The notes beneath the pieces are model-generated. The model saw only the letters and a program-made list of their open reading frames with translations, searched no databases and was not told the DNA's origin. The position numbers were made by a program, and so were the translations under genes. From Dehalococcoidia bacterium (GTDB taxonomy: Bacteria > Chloroflexota > Dehalococcoidia > Lucifugimonadales > Lucifugimonadaceae), in contig OY761846.1 of the NCBI GenBank assembly GCA_963664995.2, forward strand, positions 1,775,771-1,807,770: DNA of 32,000 nt, written 5' to 3'. Shown piece after piece: positions 10,129 through 17,626 of the stretch. Positions within the stretch are counted from its first letter, which is position 1, and each line of letters opens with the position of its first letter.

Positions 10129-10370
10129 TGGGTTCGTAACTCTCTAGCCTTGGACACTGTGCTAAACGCTAGATTCTGATCTAATCCAGCCGCCTTATCA
10201 AGCACGTACTGATATTGGAAATGGTAACTAAAAGTTCCCGATACTGCGTATCATACCCTTACCATTACTACTGCGTCAAACGAGATGGTCTTGGTGGCGG
10301 AATCGGTTCATGGATACGGCTCTCTTTTTGGATTGCATCGTAATTTCCCCGCAAGATTGTTGCTTAGCGT

Positions 10371-10376
10371 TATAAT
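10371..10376 (+). promoter_or_regulatory. Candidate -10 box (perfect TATAAT) in the divergent PKS / RdhA-like intergenic region
   Basis: TATAAT lies 38 nt upstream of the ATG at 10414. I found no convincing TTGACA-like -35 at 16-18 bp spacing, so this is weak. Confidence 0.2.
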
Positions 10377-10413
10377 CCGCTTCAATACTTGCGCGCAAGT
10401 CAAGGATATCGAG

Positions 10414-11661
10414 ATGAGTAAGTCAGTACACCACGTCGTAACTCGCCCCGGACGGAGGCATGGCGACGCTGAAACGTCAATACCGGTCGCCGAAGATTTG
10501 GTGACGGTGCCAGGGTCTCCAACAATCGATGGTGATGTTAGCTATTACAGCCGAGAATATCCCGTCGAAAGCCAGACCGTTGAGAAGTCGGCAGATCGCG
10601 AATGGGGTTGGACAGTCTACATTAAAGAGGTTTACGACTACCGCAAGAAGCATGACGAGGTGAGTGAACCTCTGATCGAGGCGGCCGCGGTATCTGGCGA
10701 TCATGACCCCACGACAGAGCCGGAAGCGGGGCGAGATGTCACGGAAGAGGTCCGCACAAAGGCTCGCGAGTTGGGTTTCGGCGAGGTTGGATTCACAAGG
10801 TATGACCGACGTTACACCTATCAGAGCAAAAAGCCGTGGGCGAAGTTCAACCACGCGATCTGCTTGGCGTTGGAGCAGGACTACTACCAGACCCAGACCA
10901 TCCCTAGCCTTGAGGCAGAATTCGCACACTTCGGCACCTACGAGATCGCCGGTGAACTCGCCCTCAAACTCGCCGAACACATCCGGTCCCTCGGATACCA
11001 CGCACAAGTCCACAGCCCGAACGACAACAGCGGCGTGTTTATTCCGCTTTTCGTGAACGCGGGATTGGGGCAGCTAGGGGCTAATGGTCAACTACTATCG
11101 CCTCATTTCGGGTCGCGGGCTCGCCTGATGATGGTCACCACCGATGCGCCAGTTACATACGACGAACCGGTTGATTACGGCATCAACAAGTTTTGCGAAC
11201 AGTGTCAGGTTTGTGTCGTGCGTTGCCCTGCCAGAGCATTGCTTCGTGAAAAGGTTTGGTACCGTGGCGTGCAGAAGAACAAGCTTGTATATGACCGATG
11301 CCGCCCGATAATGGTCACTTACGAGGGATGTGCGGTATGCATGAAGGTTTGCCCCATTCAGCGTTACGGGATGAAGCCGGTGATGGAGCATTACATCGAG
11401 ACTGGTGACATCTTAGGCAAAGGCACGCCGAACCTCGAAGGATACGAGCTTCGCGACAAGGGTTACTTCGGTCCGGGGGAGCTGCCTCACTTTGACCGTG
11501 AGACTTTTGAGTTTCCACATGGCACTAAAGAGGAGTGGTTGTTCGAGAAGTTCAAGGAAAAGCTAGAGGACAACGGTGCACCAGAGGCTGAGGAAGCTGT
11601 GGAGTTTGCAGATGAGTTGACGCGTCTAGTGAAGGCTGGCGTGTCGCGGACGGACGAGTAG
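10414..11661 (+). CDS. Reductive dehalogenase / epoxyqueuosine reductase (RdhA/QueG) superfamily Fe-S protein, cytoplasmic type
   Basis: The C-terminal half has the superfamily pattern AGLGQLGANGQLLSPHFGSRARLMMVTTDAPVTYDEPVDYGINKFC. This is followed by two ferredoxin-type motifs, CEQCQVCVVRCP (CxxCxxCxxxCP) and CRPIMVTYEGCAVCMKVCP (Cx9CxxCxxxCP). The upstream segment ELGFGEVGFTRYD...AICLALEQDY...IRSLGYHAQ also fits. There is no hydrophobic Tat/Sec leader. I moved the start from the ORF-track 10285 to ATG 10414, which has AAGGA about 10 nt upstream. Confidence 0.65.
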   Translation: MSKSVHHVVTRPGRRHGDAETSIPVAEDLVTVPGSPTIDGDVSYYSREYPVESQTVEKSADREWGWTVYIKEVYDYRKKHDEVSEPLIEAAAVSGDHDPTTEPEAGRDVTEEVRTKARELGFGEVGFTRYDRRYTYQSKKPWAKFNHAICLALEQDYYQTQTIPSLEAEFAHFGTYEIAGELALKLAEHIRSLGYHAQVHSPNDNSGVFIPLFVNAGLGQLGANGQLLSPHFGSRARLMMVTTDAPVTYDEPVDYGINKFCEQCQVCVVRCPARALLREKVWYRGVQKNKLVYDRCRPIMVTYEGCAVCMKVCPIQRYGMKPVMEHYIETGDILGKGTPNLEGYELRDKGYFGPGELPHFDRETFEFPHGTKEEWLFEKFKEKLEDNGAPEAEEAVEFADELTRLVKAGVSRTDE

Positions 11662-11712
11662 GAGCAACCAGAATCGGTTTTCGATTCGCGTAACGCGTTT
11701 GAAGGCAACACG

Positions 11713-11901
11713 ATGTTTGAGAAGGCTGCACTGGATGCTCTGTTTGGCGAGTTAGAGGTTAGCTACGGCGGTTCTGGAGATTACGGCCAGCTCTTGCGCG
11801 ATGCACATCTCGGCATCGCACTGTCTGACGCTGGGAAGGATTTGGGATCGGAACTCGACTCTAGGGTTGTGGATCTGATCGAAAAGCACAGAGTTGGGTA
11901 G
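11713..11901 (+). CDS. Small acidic hypothetical protein (62 aa)
   Basis: The ORF lies 52 nt after the RdhA-like stop, with GAAGG about 8 nt upstream of its ATG. I recognised no motif, so it may not be a real gene. Confidence 0.3.
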   Translation: MFEKAALDALFGELEVSYGGSGDYGQLLRDAHLGIALSDAGKDLGSELDSRVVDLIEKHRVG

Positions 11902-12126
11902 ATTACGATATTTGATGATTCGTTGTTGGCTTATAGATGCCCCGGTCAGCGTGCCTCGATCCAGCCCCCTGCCACGAACTCGGAGCGCACTCGTGCCTCA
12001 TTGACCTGCCAGTGTCCGACAATGGTTTGCAACGGGCGCGGTCGGATGGTTACGCCTAGACATTAGATTTGAGTTCTGCTATGGTGTTTGCAATCACTCG
12101 GCGGCAAGCCAATCTCGGAGGATAGG

Positions 12127-13158
12127 ATGTCGGTCAAGCTCTCTGGTCTTTTGAAAGACGCGCAACAGAATGCCGATGTTGCTGACACTCTTAGCAAGTA
12201 CGAGAATGGCTTCGAGAAATCCAAATTCGGGAAGATTGGGGGAGATGATGAAACGAGCGAGTTCAAGGATGTCAACAACCACTACTATGACTTGGTTACG
12301 GATTTCTACGAATTTGGCTGGGGAAGGTCATTTCATTTTGCCCCACGCGTACCTGGCGAGAGTTTCGCTGCATCGCTAGCTCGCCATGAACACTACATCG
12401 CGCACATGCTCGGCCTGGGTCCAGGGATGGTGGCGGCTGACTTAGGTAGCGGTGTTGGCGGGCCTATGGTGGAGATAGCTCGCTTTTCCGGTGCTCGGAT
12501 CGTGGGAATAAACAGCAACGAGTACCAGATCGAGCGTGCTCGAAAACTCAGCGAAGGGGCAGGGCTGTCTCATCTGACTAATTTCTTGCACTGCGACTTC
12601 CATAATGTGGATGCTCCGGACGACTCGTTTGACGCGGCATTCTCGATCGAGGCGACGTGCTGTTCGTCGGACAAAGCCAGAATATACAGCGAGGTCTATC
12701 GCCTTCTTAAACCGGGCGCTTGTTTTGCTGGTTACGAATACTGCTTGACGGATCGGTACGACGCGAGTGATCCTTACCATGTGAAGATCAAGTCCGACAT
12801 CGAGCTAGGTGGTGGTCTGCCCGATATCGCCTATAGTCACGAAATTGACGAGATTCTTAGAAGCGTGGGCTTTGAGGTATTGGAAACGCGAGACCTAGCG
12901 GAACAATCGGGTCCGTCGGTGCCTTGGTATTTGCCATTGGCCGGATCAGGACTATCATTTGCGAGCTTCCGCAGCTCATCGGTCGGGCGGTTGGTCACGC
13001 AGAGCTCATTGCGAGTGCTAGAAACACTGCGGATAGTGCCTCGAGGAACGGTGCGCGTTTCGAAAACGTTGAATCTTGGCGCGGATGCGATGGTCGAGTC
13101 GGGCCGGCTGGGCATCTTTTCGCCGATGTACTTCGTCCACGTCCGCAAACCGCTGTAA
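12127..13158 (+). CDS. Sterol 24-C-methyltransferase (ERG6/SMT) family SAM-dependent olefin C-methyltransferase homologue
   Basis: It is collinear with the SMT signature regions as I recall them from yeast ERG6 and plant SMTs. YYDLVTDFYEFGWGRSFHF matches region I (YEYGWGSSFHF). ADLGSGVGGP is the SAM motif. SIEATCCSS matches IEATCHAP. RLLKPGACFAGYEY..TDRYD, IELGGGLP and PWYLPL also align. The C-terminal GIFSPMYFVHVRKP matches the Sterol_MT_C ending. The start is set at ATG 12127, with GGAGGA 5 nt upstream; the ORF-track TTG at 12088 is less likely. Confidence 0.85.
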   Translation: MSVKLSGLLKDAQQNADVADTLSKYENGFEKSKFGKIGGDDETSEFKDVNNHYYDLVTDFYEFGWGRSFHFAPRVPGESFAASLARHEHYIAHMLGLGPGMVAADLGSGVGGPMVEIARFSGARIVGINSNEYQIERARKLSEGAGLSHLTNFLHCDFHNVDAPDDSFDAAFSIEATCCSSDKARIYSEVYRLLKPGACFAGYEYCLTDRYDASDPYHVKIKSDIELGGGLPDIAYSHEIDEILRSVGFEVLETRDLAEQSGPSVPWYLPLAGSGLSFASFRSSSVGRLVTQSSLRVLETLRIVPRGTVRVSKTLNLGADAMVESGRLGIFSPMYFVHVRKPL

Positions 13159-13196
13159 CGCAGCCGATGACGGCGTTACATATCTGCGGGTTGAAA

Positions 13197-13271
13197 TGGT
13201 GGAGCTGACGGGATTCGAACCCGTGACTTCCTGCTTGCAAAGCAGGCGCTCTCCCACTGAGCTACAGCCCC
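13197..13271 (-). tRNA. tRNA-Ala (anticodon UGC), CCA encoded
   Basis: The reverse complement folds by hand into a cloverleaf. It reads GGGGCTG TA GCTC AGTGGGA GAGC G CCTGC TTTGCAA GCAGG AAGTC ACGGG TTCGAAT CCCGT CAGCTCC A CCA. It has the G3:U70 alanine identity pair and TGC centred in a 7-nt anticodon loop. Confidence 0.95.
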
Positions 13272-13325
13272 ATAGTTTGAGTCTATAATCGCTTAAAAGA
13301 CCACTGATTCGAGAAAGCTCACTAC

Positions 13326-14765
13326 ATGAAAACAACGCAACACGACCTCCAGATGACACCGGATCAGATGCTGGATCTCGCACACATGGCGGCGGAGCTT
13401 CTGGTGGAACGCGTAGAGAATATGTCGGAAGGAGACGCTTGGGACGGTGAGTTCCGCGAGGGGCTAGAGGACTTGCTGATGGAGGACCCGCCTGAGGCAG
13501 GTCGACCTGCGAAAGAAGTCCTGGACCGAGTATCTCGCGAGATTCTGCCCTACGCTGCACGGCTCGATCACCCTCGATTCTTTGGATTCATCCCATCTTC
13601 ACCCACCTGGCCAGGCGTAATCGCCGATTTCATAACTGCCGGGTTCAACATCAATGCGGTTACTTGGCTTACTGCAAGTGGACCGAGTCAAGTTGAGTTG
13701 GTCGTCACCGAATGGTTCCGGCGCTGGATCGGCTATCCAGAAAGTGCCGGAGGGCTATTCACAAGCGGGGGGTCAGTTGCCTGCATCGATGCCTTCGTCG
13801 CGGCGCGCGAGGCAGCCGGCAACCCAGAGCGCGCTACGGTCTACATGAGCGACCAGAGTCACATTGCGCTGAACCGAGCCGCAATGATCATAGGTGTTCG
13901 ACCCGAGTGCGTCCGCGTGATCCCGAGCGACGAGAACTTTCGCTTAGACATGGCAGCCCTTGAGCGCACCATGACCGACGACCGCGCCGCGGGCTTTAAT
14001 CCCATGATCGTGAATGCAAATGCAGGAACAGGCGTAACTGGTGCCATTGATCCACTTCAAGCCATGGCCGATTACTGCGAGTCGGAAGATATATGGCTAC
14101 ACGTAGACGGGGCGTATGGTGGATTCGCAGTCGCGACCGAGAAGGGAAAAAGGTTGTTGCAAGGAATCGAACGCGCCGATTCTGTAGGGCTCGACGCACA
14201 CAAATGGTTCTTCCAACCCTACGAAGCCGGTTGCCTGATGGTCAAAGACGCCGACACCCTCGAGAAGCCATTCGGGATTAGACCAGACATTCTCCAAGAC
14301 ACAATATGGGGCGCAAACCACCCGAACTTCGGTGATCGGGGACTCCAGATCAGCCGCTCATTCAGGGCGTTGAAGGTCTGGATGTCCGTCCAAACCTTTG
14401 GCATGGCCGCGTTCCGTCGCGCCATTTCGAACGGAATGGAACTGGCACTCCAGGCACAGGAATATGTCCAAGCCAGTCAGGTTCTCGAAATGATGAGCCC
14501 CACATCGCTGGGAATCGTGTGCTTCAGGGTGAATCCCGAGGACACCAAGCTCGACGAGCAAGTTCTGGAGAAGATAAACAGGATAGTGCTCGCTCGCGTC
14601 TTCTGGGAAGAGCCGGCACTCTTCTCGTCGGCGCTTACTAAGGGGACATTCTCTCTCAGAATCTGCATCCTCAACCACACGACGGCTTGGGAAGATGTGC
14701 GCGACACCCTAGAAGCCATTGAACGATTCGGCAGGGAGGCGCTAGCTACAGAGGCTAACGCTTGA
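13326..14765 (+). CDS. Group II pyridoxal-phosphate-dependent decarboxylase (aromatic-L-amino-acid / tyrosine decarboxylase-like)
   Basis: HPRFFGFIPSSPTWPGVIADFITAGFN is the family N-terminal signature. SGGSVACIDAF also fits. DAHKWFFQPYEAGCLMV contains the PLP-lysine DxHKW motif. Size is 479 aa. Confidence 0.85.
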   Translation: MKTTQHDLQMTPDQMLDLAHMAAELLVERVENMSEGDAWDGEFREGLEDLLMEDPPEAGRPAKEVLDRVSREILPYAARLDHPRFFGFIPSSPTWPGVIADFITAGFNINAVTWLTASGPSQVELVVTEWFRRWIGYPESAGGLFTSGGSVACIDAFVAAREAAGNPERATVYMSDQSHIALNRAAMIIGVRPECVRVIPSDENFRLDMAALERTMTDDRAAGFNPMIVNANAGTGVTGAIDPLQAMADYCESEDIWLHVDGAYGGFAVATEKGKRLLQGIERADSVGLDAHKWFFQPYEAGCLMVKDADTLEKPFGIRPDILQDTIWGANHPNFGDRGLQISRSFRALKVWMSVQTFGMAAFRRAISNGMELALQAQEYVQASQVLEMMSPTSLGIVCFRVNPEDTKLDEQVLEKINRIVLARVFWEEPALFSSALTKGTFSLRICILNHTTAWEDVRDTLEAIERFGREALATEANA

Positions 14766-14774
14766 ATTGCCGCG

Positions 14775-15092
14775 CTACTGATCTCTCTCAACGTCGAGGT
14801 TCGAGCATATCCTAGCGATCGTCTTGGCCTGCGCGAGGTCTGGCGCATGGTTTTCGGACACGCCAGCGAACCCGGAGAGCATCGAGGCTGCATCGCCATG
14901 CAATCTAGCTACGACGACTGGCTGACCCAAGATAACTTGCCAAATAAGGGCAGCTGCAGTGTCGTCAAGCTATACGGTCTTGCTCAAATCCAATATGACA
15001 ACTTCATTAGCCGCTCTATCACTCCGCAAGACCCTCGCAATTTCGCGGGCTGATGCCACGGATATCGTATCGGGCAATATAACGAGTCCCAC
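14775..15092 (-). pseudogene. STAS-domain (anti-sigma-factor-antagonist-like) gene remnant with in-frame TAG
   Basis: Hand translation of the minus strand from GTG at 15092 gives VGLVILPDTISVASAREIARVLRSDRAANEVVILDLSKTV. A TAG follows at 14970-14972. The frame continues as LDDTAAALIWQVILGQPVVVARLHGDAASMLSGFAGVSENHAPDLAQAKTIARICSNLDVERDQ and ends at TAG 14775-14777. The pattern vv.LDLs.v.f.D..a...l...g..vv.a.l......l...G matches SpoIIAA/STAS topology. The stop falls where the conserved hydrophobic residue before the D(S/D) position would be. A further stop lies just upstream at 15099-15101 and there is no ATG. Confidence 0.3.
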
Positions 15093-15137
15093 TCGTGACT
15101 AGTAGAGGGCCTTGCAAAGCTCATACGAGAGTAAGGG

Positions 15138-15165
15138 TTGTAAATTGCGCGATTTTCGGTATCAT
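15138..15165 (+). promoter_or_regulatory. Candidate sigma70-type promoter for the lipoprotein array (TTGTAA-16 nt-TATCAT)
   Basis: The hexamers lie at 15138-15143 and 15160-15165, 20-30 nt upstream of the L1 start candidates. This is a pattern match only. Confidence 0.2.
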
Positions 15166-15185
15166 TCACAGAGATTGAGGGCAGT

Positions 15186-15791
15186 TTGCTATCGATGCTT
15201 GCAGCGTTCCATAAAAAGCTCGGATTCCTCGCGACGATAATGATGGTCGTCGCTTTTTGCGTTGCGTGGGTGTCGTTGGCGTGCGGCAGTGCTGACGGGG
15301 GCGATGGTAATGACTCGGAGTTGGAGTTTCAGCAAGTGATGGATATCGGGACAACTTTTTCGCCTGACCATCTCGATGGCATCGGTTTCAAGAAATCTCG
15401 TAGCTATGATCTCGAAGGATTGCCCGGAGCCAGCGAAGCAATATTCGGTTTCTGGCGCATCGCTTCAGGAGACCCGATCGATTACGAGGTGCGTTTCTAT
15501 GCTAGTCACTCAGACGCGGTGGAGTTGGGAACTGAACTTGCAGAAGAAGGATCGGGTGCTGATGCCGTTCTCGACGCGGATGATGCGAAATACAAAGAAG
15601 GTGTCAAAGACCGTCGGATGATCGTGGGATCCGGCATCGGCGGCGGGGCGCGTAGCGGCACGGGGCCGCGATATGGTTCGTATGCGATCTACGGCAATGT
15701 GGTAATGCTCTGCGGAGGTGCCGCTGGCGAGCAGGCACTTGATCGGTGCGAAGAGCTTGCGAATGCTTTGAAAGGAACCGAGGGCGAGTGA
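15186..15791 (+). CDS. Lipoprotein, unrecognised tandem-paralogue family, member L1 (2-Cys type)
   Basis: Signal peptide ending VSLAC|GSADGG, followed by an acidic G/D/S tether. Family core: YEVRFYASH, AEEGSGADAVLDADDAKYKEGVKDRR, YGSYAIYGNVVMLC-x11-C. The start is ambiguous: TTG 15186 has GAGGG 4 nt upstream, and ATG 15195 is the alternative. Confidence 0.8.
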   Translation: MLSMLAAFHKKLGFLATIMMVVAFCVAWVSLACGSADGGDGNDSELEFQQVMDIGTTFSPDHLDGIGFKKSRSYDLEGLPGASEAIFGFWRIASGDPIDYEVRFYASHSDAVELGTELAEEGSGADAVLDADDAKYKEGVKDRRMIVGSGIGGGARSGTGPRYGSYAIYGNVVMLCGGAAGEQALDRCEELANALKGTEGE

Positions 15792-16342
15792 TGGGCAAGG
15801 TGAGTTGGATGATTTTCGTATGTCTGCTAGGCATCGTCATTGTCGGTTGCGGTGGCACAACTAACGACGCCTCCGAAGATTCTGAGGATTCGAGACAAGA
15901 TGCAGAATCCCGAGTTTTAGACAGAGAGCAGATTATATCGTCCGATGACCTAGTCTCTCTGGGAATGAAATCGGGTAAGACTTACGATGTCTCGACACTG
16001 CAGGGCGGAGTCGAAGCCGGGTTGCTTTATTGGCGAGTCAACGATGTCGCGGTGGAGTACGAAGCGCGGTTCTATGCTTCGCATGATGATGCGGTAGCAC
16101 TCGGCACTGCGCCAGCGGAAGAAGGAAGCGGAGAAGACGCGATCATCGATGAGGATGTGGCGGTATATAAGGAAGGGATCCGAGACCGCAGGAAGGTTTT
16201 CAAATATCCAAATTCAGTGCTGAAACCAAAATACGGCGCGTACGCGATCTACGGAAACATGGTCGTTCTATGTGAGGGAAAAGACGATGCAGAGGGGTGG
16301 AGTAGATGTTCAGCGCTGACCGACGCTCTCGATAATCGATAA
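15791..16342 (+). CDS. Lipoprotein, same family, member L2 (2-Cys type)
   Basis: ATG 15791 overlaps the L1 TGA by 1 nt (TGATG). Signal peptide MGKVSWMIFVCLLGIVIVGC|GG. Core: YEARFYASH, AEEGSGEDAIIDEDVAVYKEGIRDRR, YGAYAIYGNMVVLCEG-x-C. The ORF-track start 15746 lies inside L1 and is rejected. Confidence 0.85.
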   Translation: MGKVSWMIFVCLLGIVIVGCGGTTNDASEDSEDSRQDAESRVLDREQIISSDDLVSLGMKSGKTYDVSTLQGGVEAGLLYWRVNDVAVEYEARFYASHDDAVALGTAPAEEGSGEDAIIDEDVAVYKEGIRDRRKVFKYPNSVLKPKYGAYAIYGNMVVLCEGKDDAEGWSRCSALTDALDNR

Positions 16343-16360
16343 AGGTCGGAACACGTCGGC

Positions 16361-16927
16361 ATGAAATTGATCGGAGTATTCAAAGGTCTCATTGCGCTTT
16401 CATTGCTTTTCATCGTGTTGGCGATGGCTTGCGGATCAAACGATGGAGGCGGAGGCGGTGCTGGTGTCTCAGACTATTCAGAGGTTGAGTCCGATACTAG
16501 GATATTCGACCGTGAGGCTACGCTCTCAGTTGACGATCTGCTCTCTCTCGGCTTGAAATCTGGCAAGAAGTACGACGTTGAAGACCTTCCCGGAGCCGTC
16601 GCCAACCGCGTCTTCTTCTGGCGTATAGACGATATCTCCGTCCAATACGAAGCCCGGTTCTACGAATCCCACGCCGCCGCAATAGAATTCGGACCTGGCC
16701 TTGCTGAAGAAGGCAGCGGTGAAGGCGCGATCCTCGACGCCGATGATGCGGTATACAAAGAAGGCGTCAGAGACCGCCGAACAGTGTTCGACTTCCGGGG
16801 TACGCCAAGACCGAGATACGGAACCTATGCCATCTACGCAAACATGGTCGTACTCTGCGAAGGCCGCGACGATGCCGAAGCTTGGGACCGTTGCACCGCG
16901 TTAATTGAAGCGCTCGACAATCGATGA
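16361..16927 (+). CDS. Lipoprotein, same family, member L3 (2-Cys type)
   Basis: Signal peptide MKLIGVFKGLIALSLLFIVLAMAC|GS, followed by a poly-Gly/acidic tether. The core is roughly 60 percent identical to L2 by eye: YEARFYESH, AEEGSGEGAILDADDAVYKEGVRDRR, YGTYAIYANMVVLCEG. Confidence 0.85.
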   Translation: MKLIGVFKGLIALSLLFIVLAMACGSNDGGGGGAGVSDYSEVESDTRIFDREATLSVDDLLSLGLKSGKKYDVEDLPGAVANRVFFWRIDDISVQYEARFYESHAAAIEFGPGLAEEGSGEGAILDADDAVYKEGVRDRRTVFDFRGTPRPRYGTYAIYANMVVLCEGRDDAEAWDRCTALIEALDNR

Positions 16928-17478
16928 AGCCAGCAGTTGCTTTAATTCTCTTGCTCGCAATCGCCGTGATGTTGCTCGCGTGCGGCAGTCAACCAGTTGC
17001 AGAAGAGTTAGCCGAACCCGAGGACGTAGGCCCGCAAACACAACTCATTAGACCAACAGATCGGACGTTTGGAATCGTAGACTTCGAAACCGCTGGACTA
17101 AAGCACTCTAAGAACTACAAGACTGAGGGATTGCCGGGCGCAACCAGAGTTTCGCTTTTCTTTTGGAAGGTCGATGGGACGCCAGTGCAGTACGAGGTGC
17201 GTTTCTATGCCTCACATGGTGAAGCTGTAGGATCAGGTTTGTCGTATGCGAAAGAAGGTGCGGGGCCAGATGCGATCATCGACCCGGATTTCGCCCGCTA
17301 CACGGAAGGGCTGCGTGATCGTCGTACTATTGTGCACACTCGCGGATCGCCGACACCTCGCTACGGTGATTTTGTAATCTATGGCAACATGATTGCGCTA
17401 TGTGAGGGGCGTGATTCGATGCAAGGATCAGAACGATGTGGGCGTTTGGTCAAGGCTTTGGATACGGCCAATCATTGA
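16924..17478 (+). CDS. Lipoprotein, same family, member L4 (2-Cys type)
   Basis: Its start overlaps the L3 stop in an ATGA. Signal peptide MKPAVALILLLAIAVMLLAC|GS. Core: YEVRFYASH, AKEGAGPDAIIDPDFARYTEGLRDRR, YGDFVIYGNMIALCEG. Confidence 0.85.
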   Translation: MKPAVALILLLAIAVMLLACGSQPVAEELAEPEDVGPQTQLIRPTDRTFGIVDFETAGLKHSKNYKTEGLPGATRVSLFFWKVDGTPVQYEVRFYASHGEAVGSGLSYAKEGAGPDAIIDPDFARYTEGLRDRRTIVHTRGSPTPRYGDFVIYGNMIALCEGRDSMQGSERCGRLVKALDTANH

Positions 17479-17626
17479 GGATGGAGACATTCCGAGTTTT
17501 AACCAGCATCCTCCCGCTTTTCTGTTTGACGAATTGAGTAACATATTTAATCAGTACCCCCAGAAGCGTCGAAGCGCCGCGATGGTTGTGTCACGGCGGC
17601 AACTCAAGTCCAAGGAGAAGGAAGAG

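Noticed and set aside
10285-10413. The N-terminal 43-aa extension of the RdhA-like ORF as given in the track.
   Set aside because: It has no SD and an implausible hydrophobic or odd peptide. An ATG at 10414 with AAGGA upstream gives a sensible start.
13155-13179. The inverted repeat GTAACGC-11 nt-GCGTTAC overlapping the SMT-like stop codon, as a terminator.
   Set aside because: It has a short stem, a large loop and no following T-run. It may be fortuitous or a weak bidirectional stop next to the tRNA.
14970-14972. The in-frame TAG of the STAS-like frame as a pyrrolysine or readthrough codon.
   Set aside because: No pyl genes or PYLIS-like context are visible. TAG is used as a normal stop elsewhere in the window, for example for L5 and L6. 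The frame also lacks a proper start, so a pseudogene is the simpler reading.
17393-17626. The long N-terminal extension of L5 (ORF-track start 17393), and likewise the 15746 start for L2.
   Set aside because: The extensions overlap the preceding paralogue in another frame and precede the signal peptide. Internal ATGs with strong SD (17627) or stop-start overlap (15791) give canonical lipoprotein precursors.
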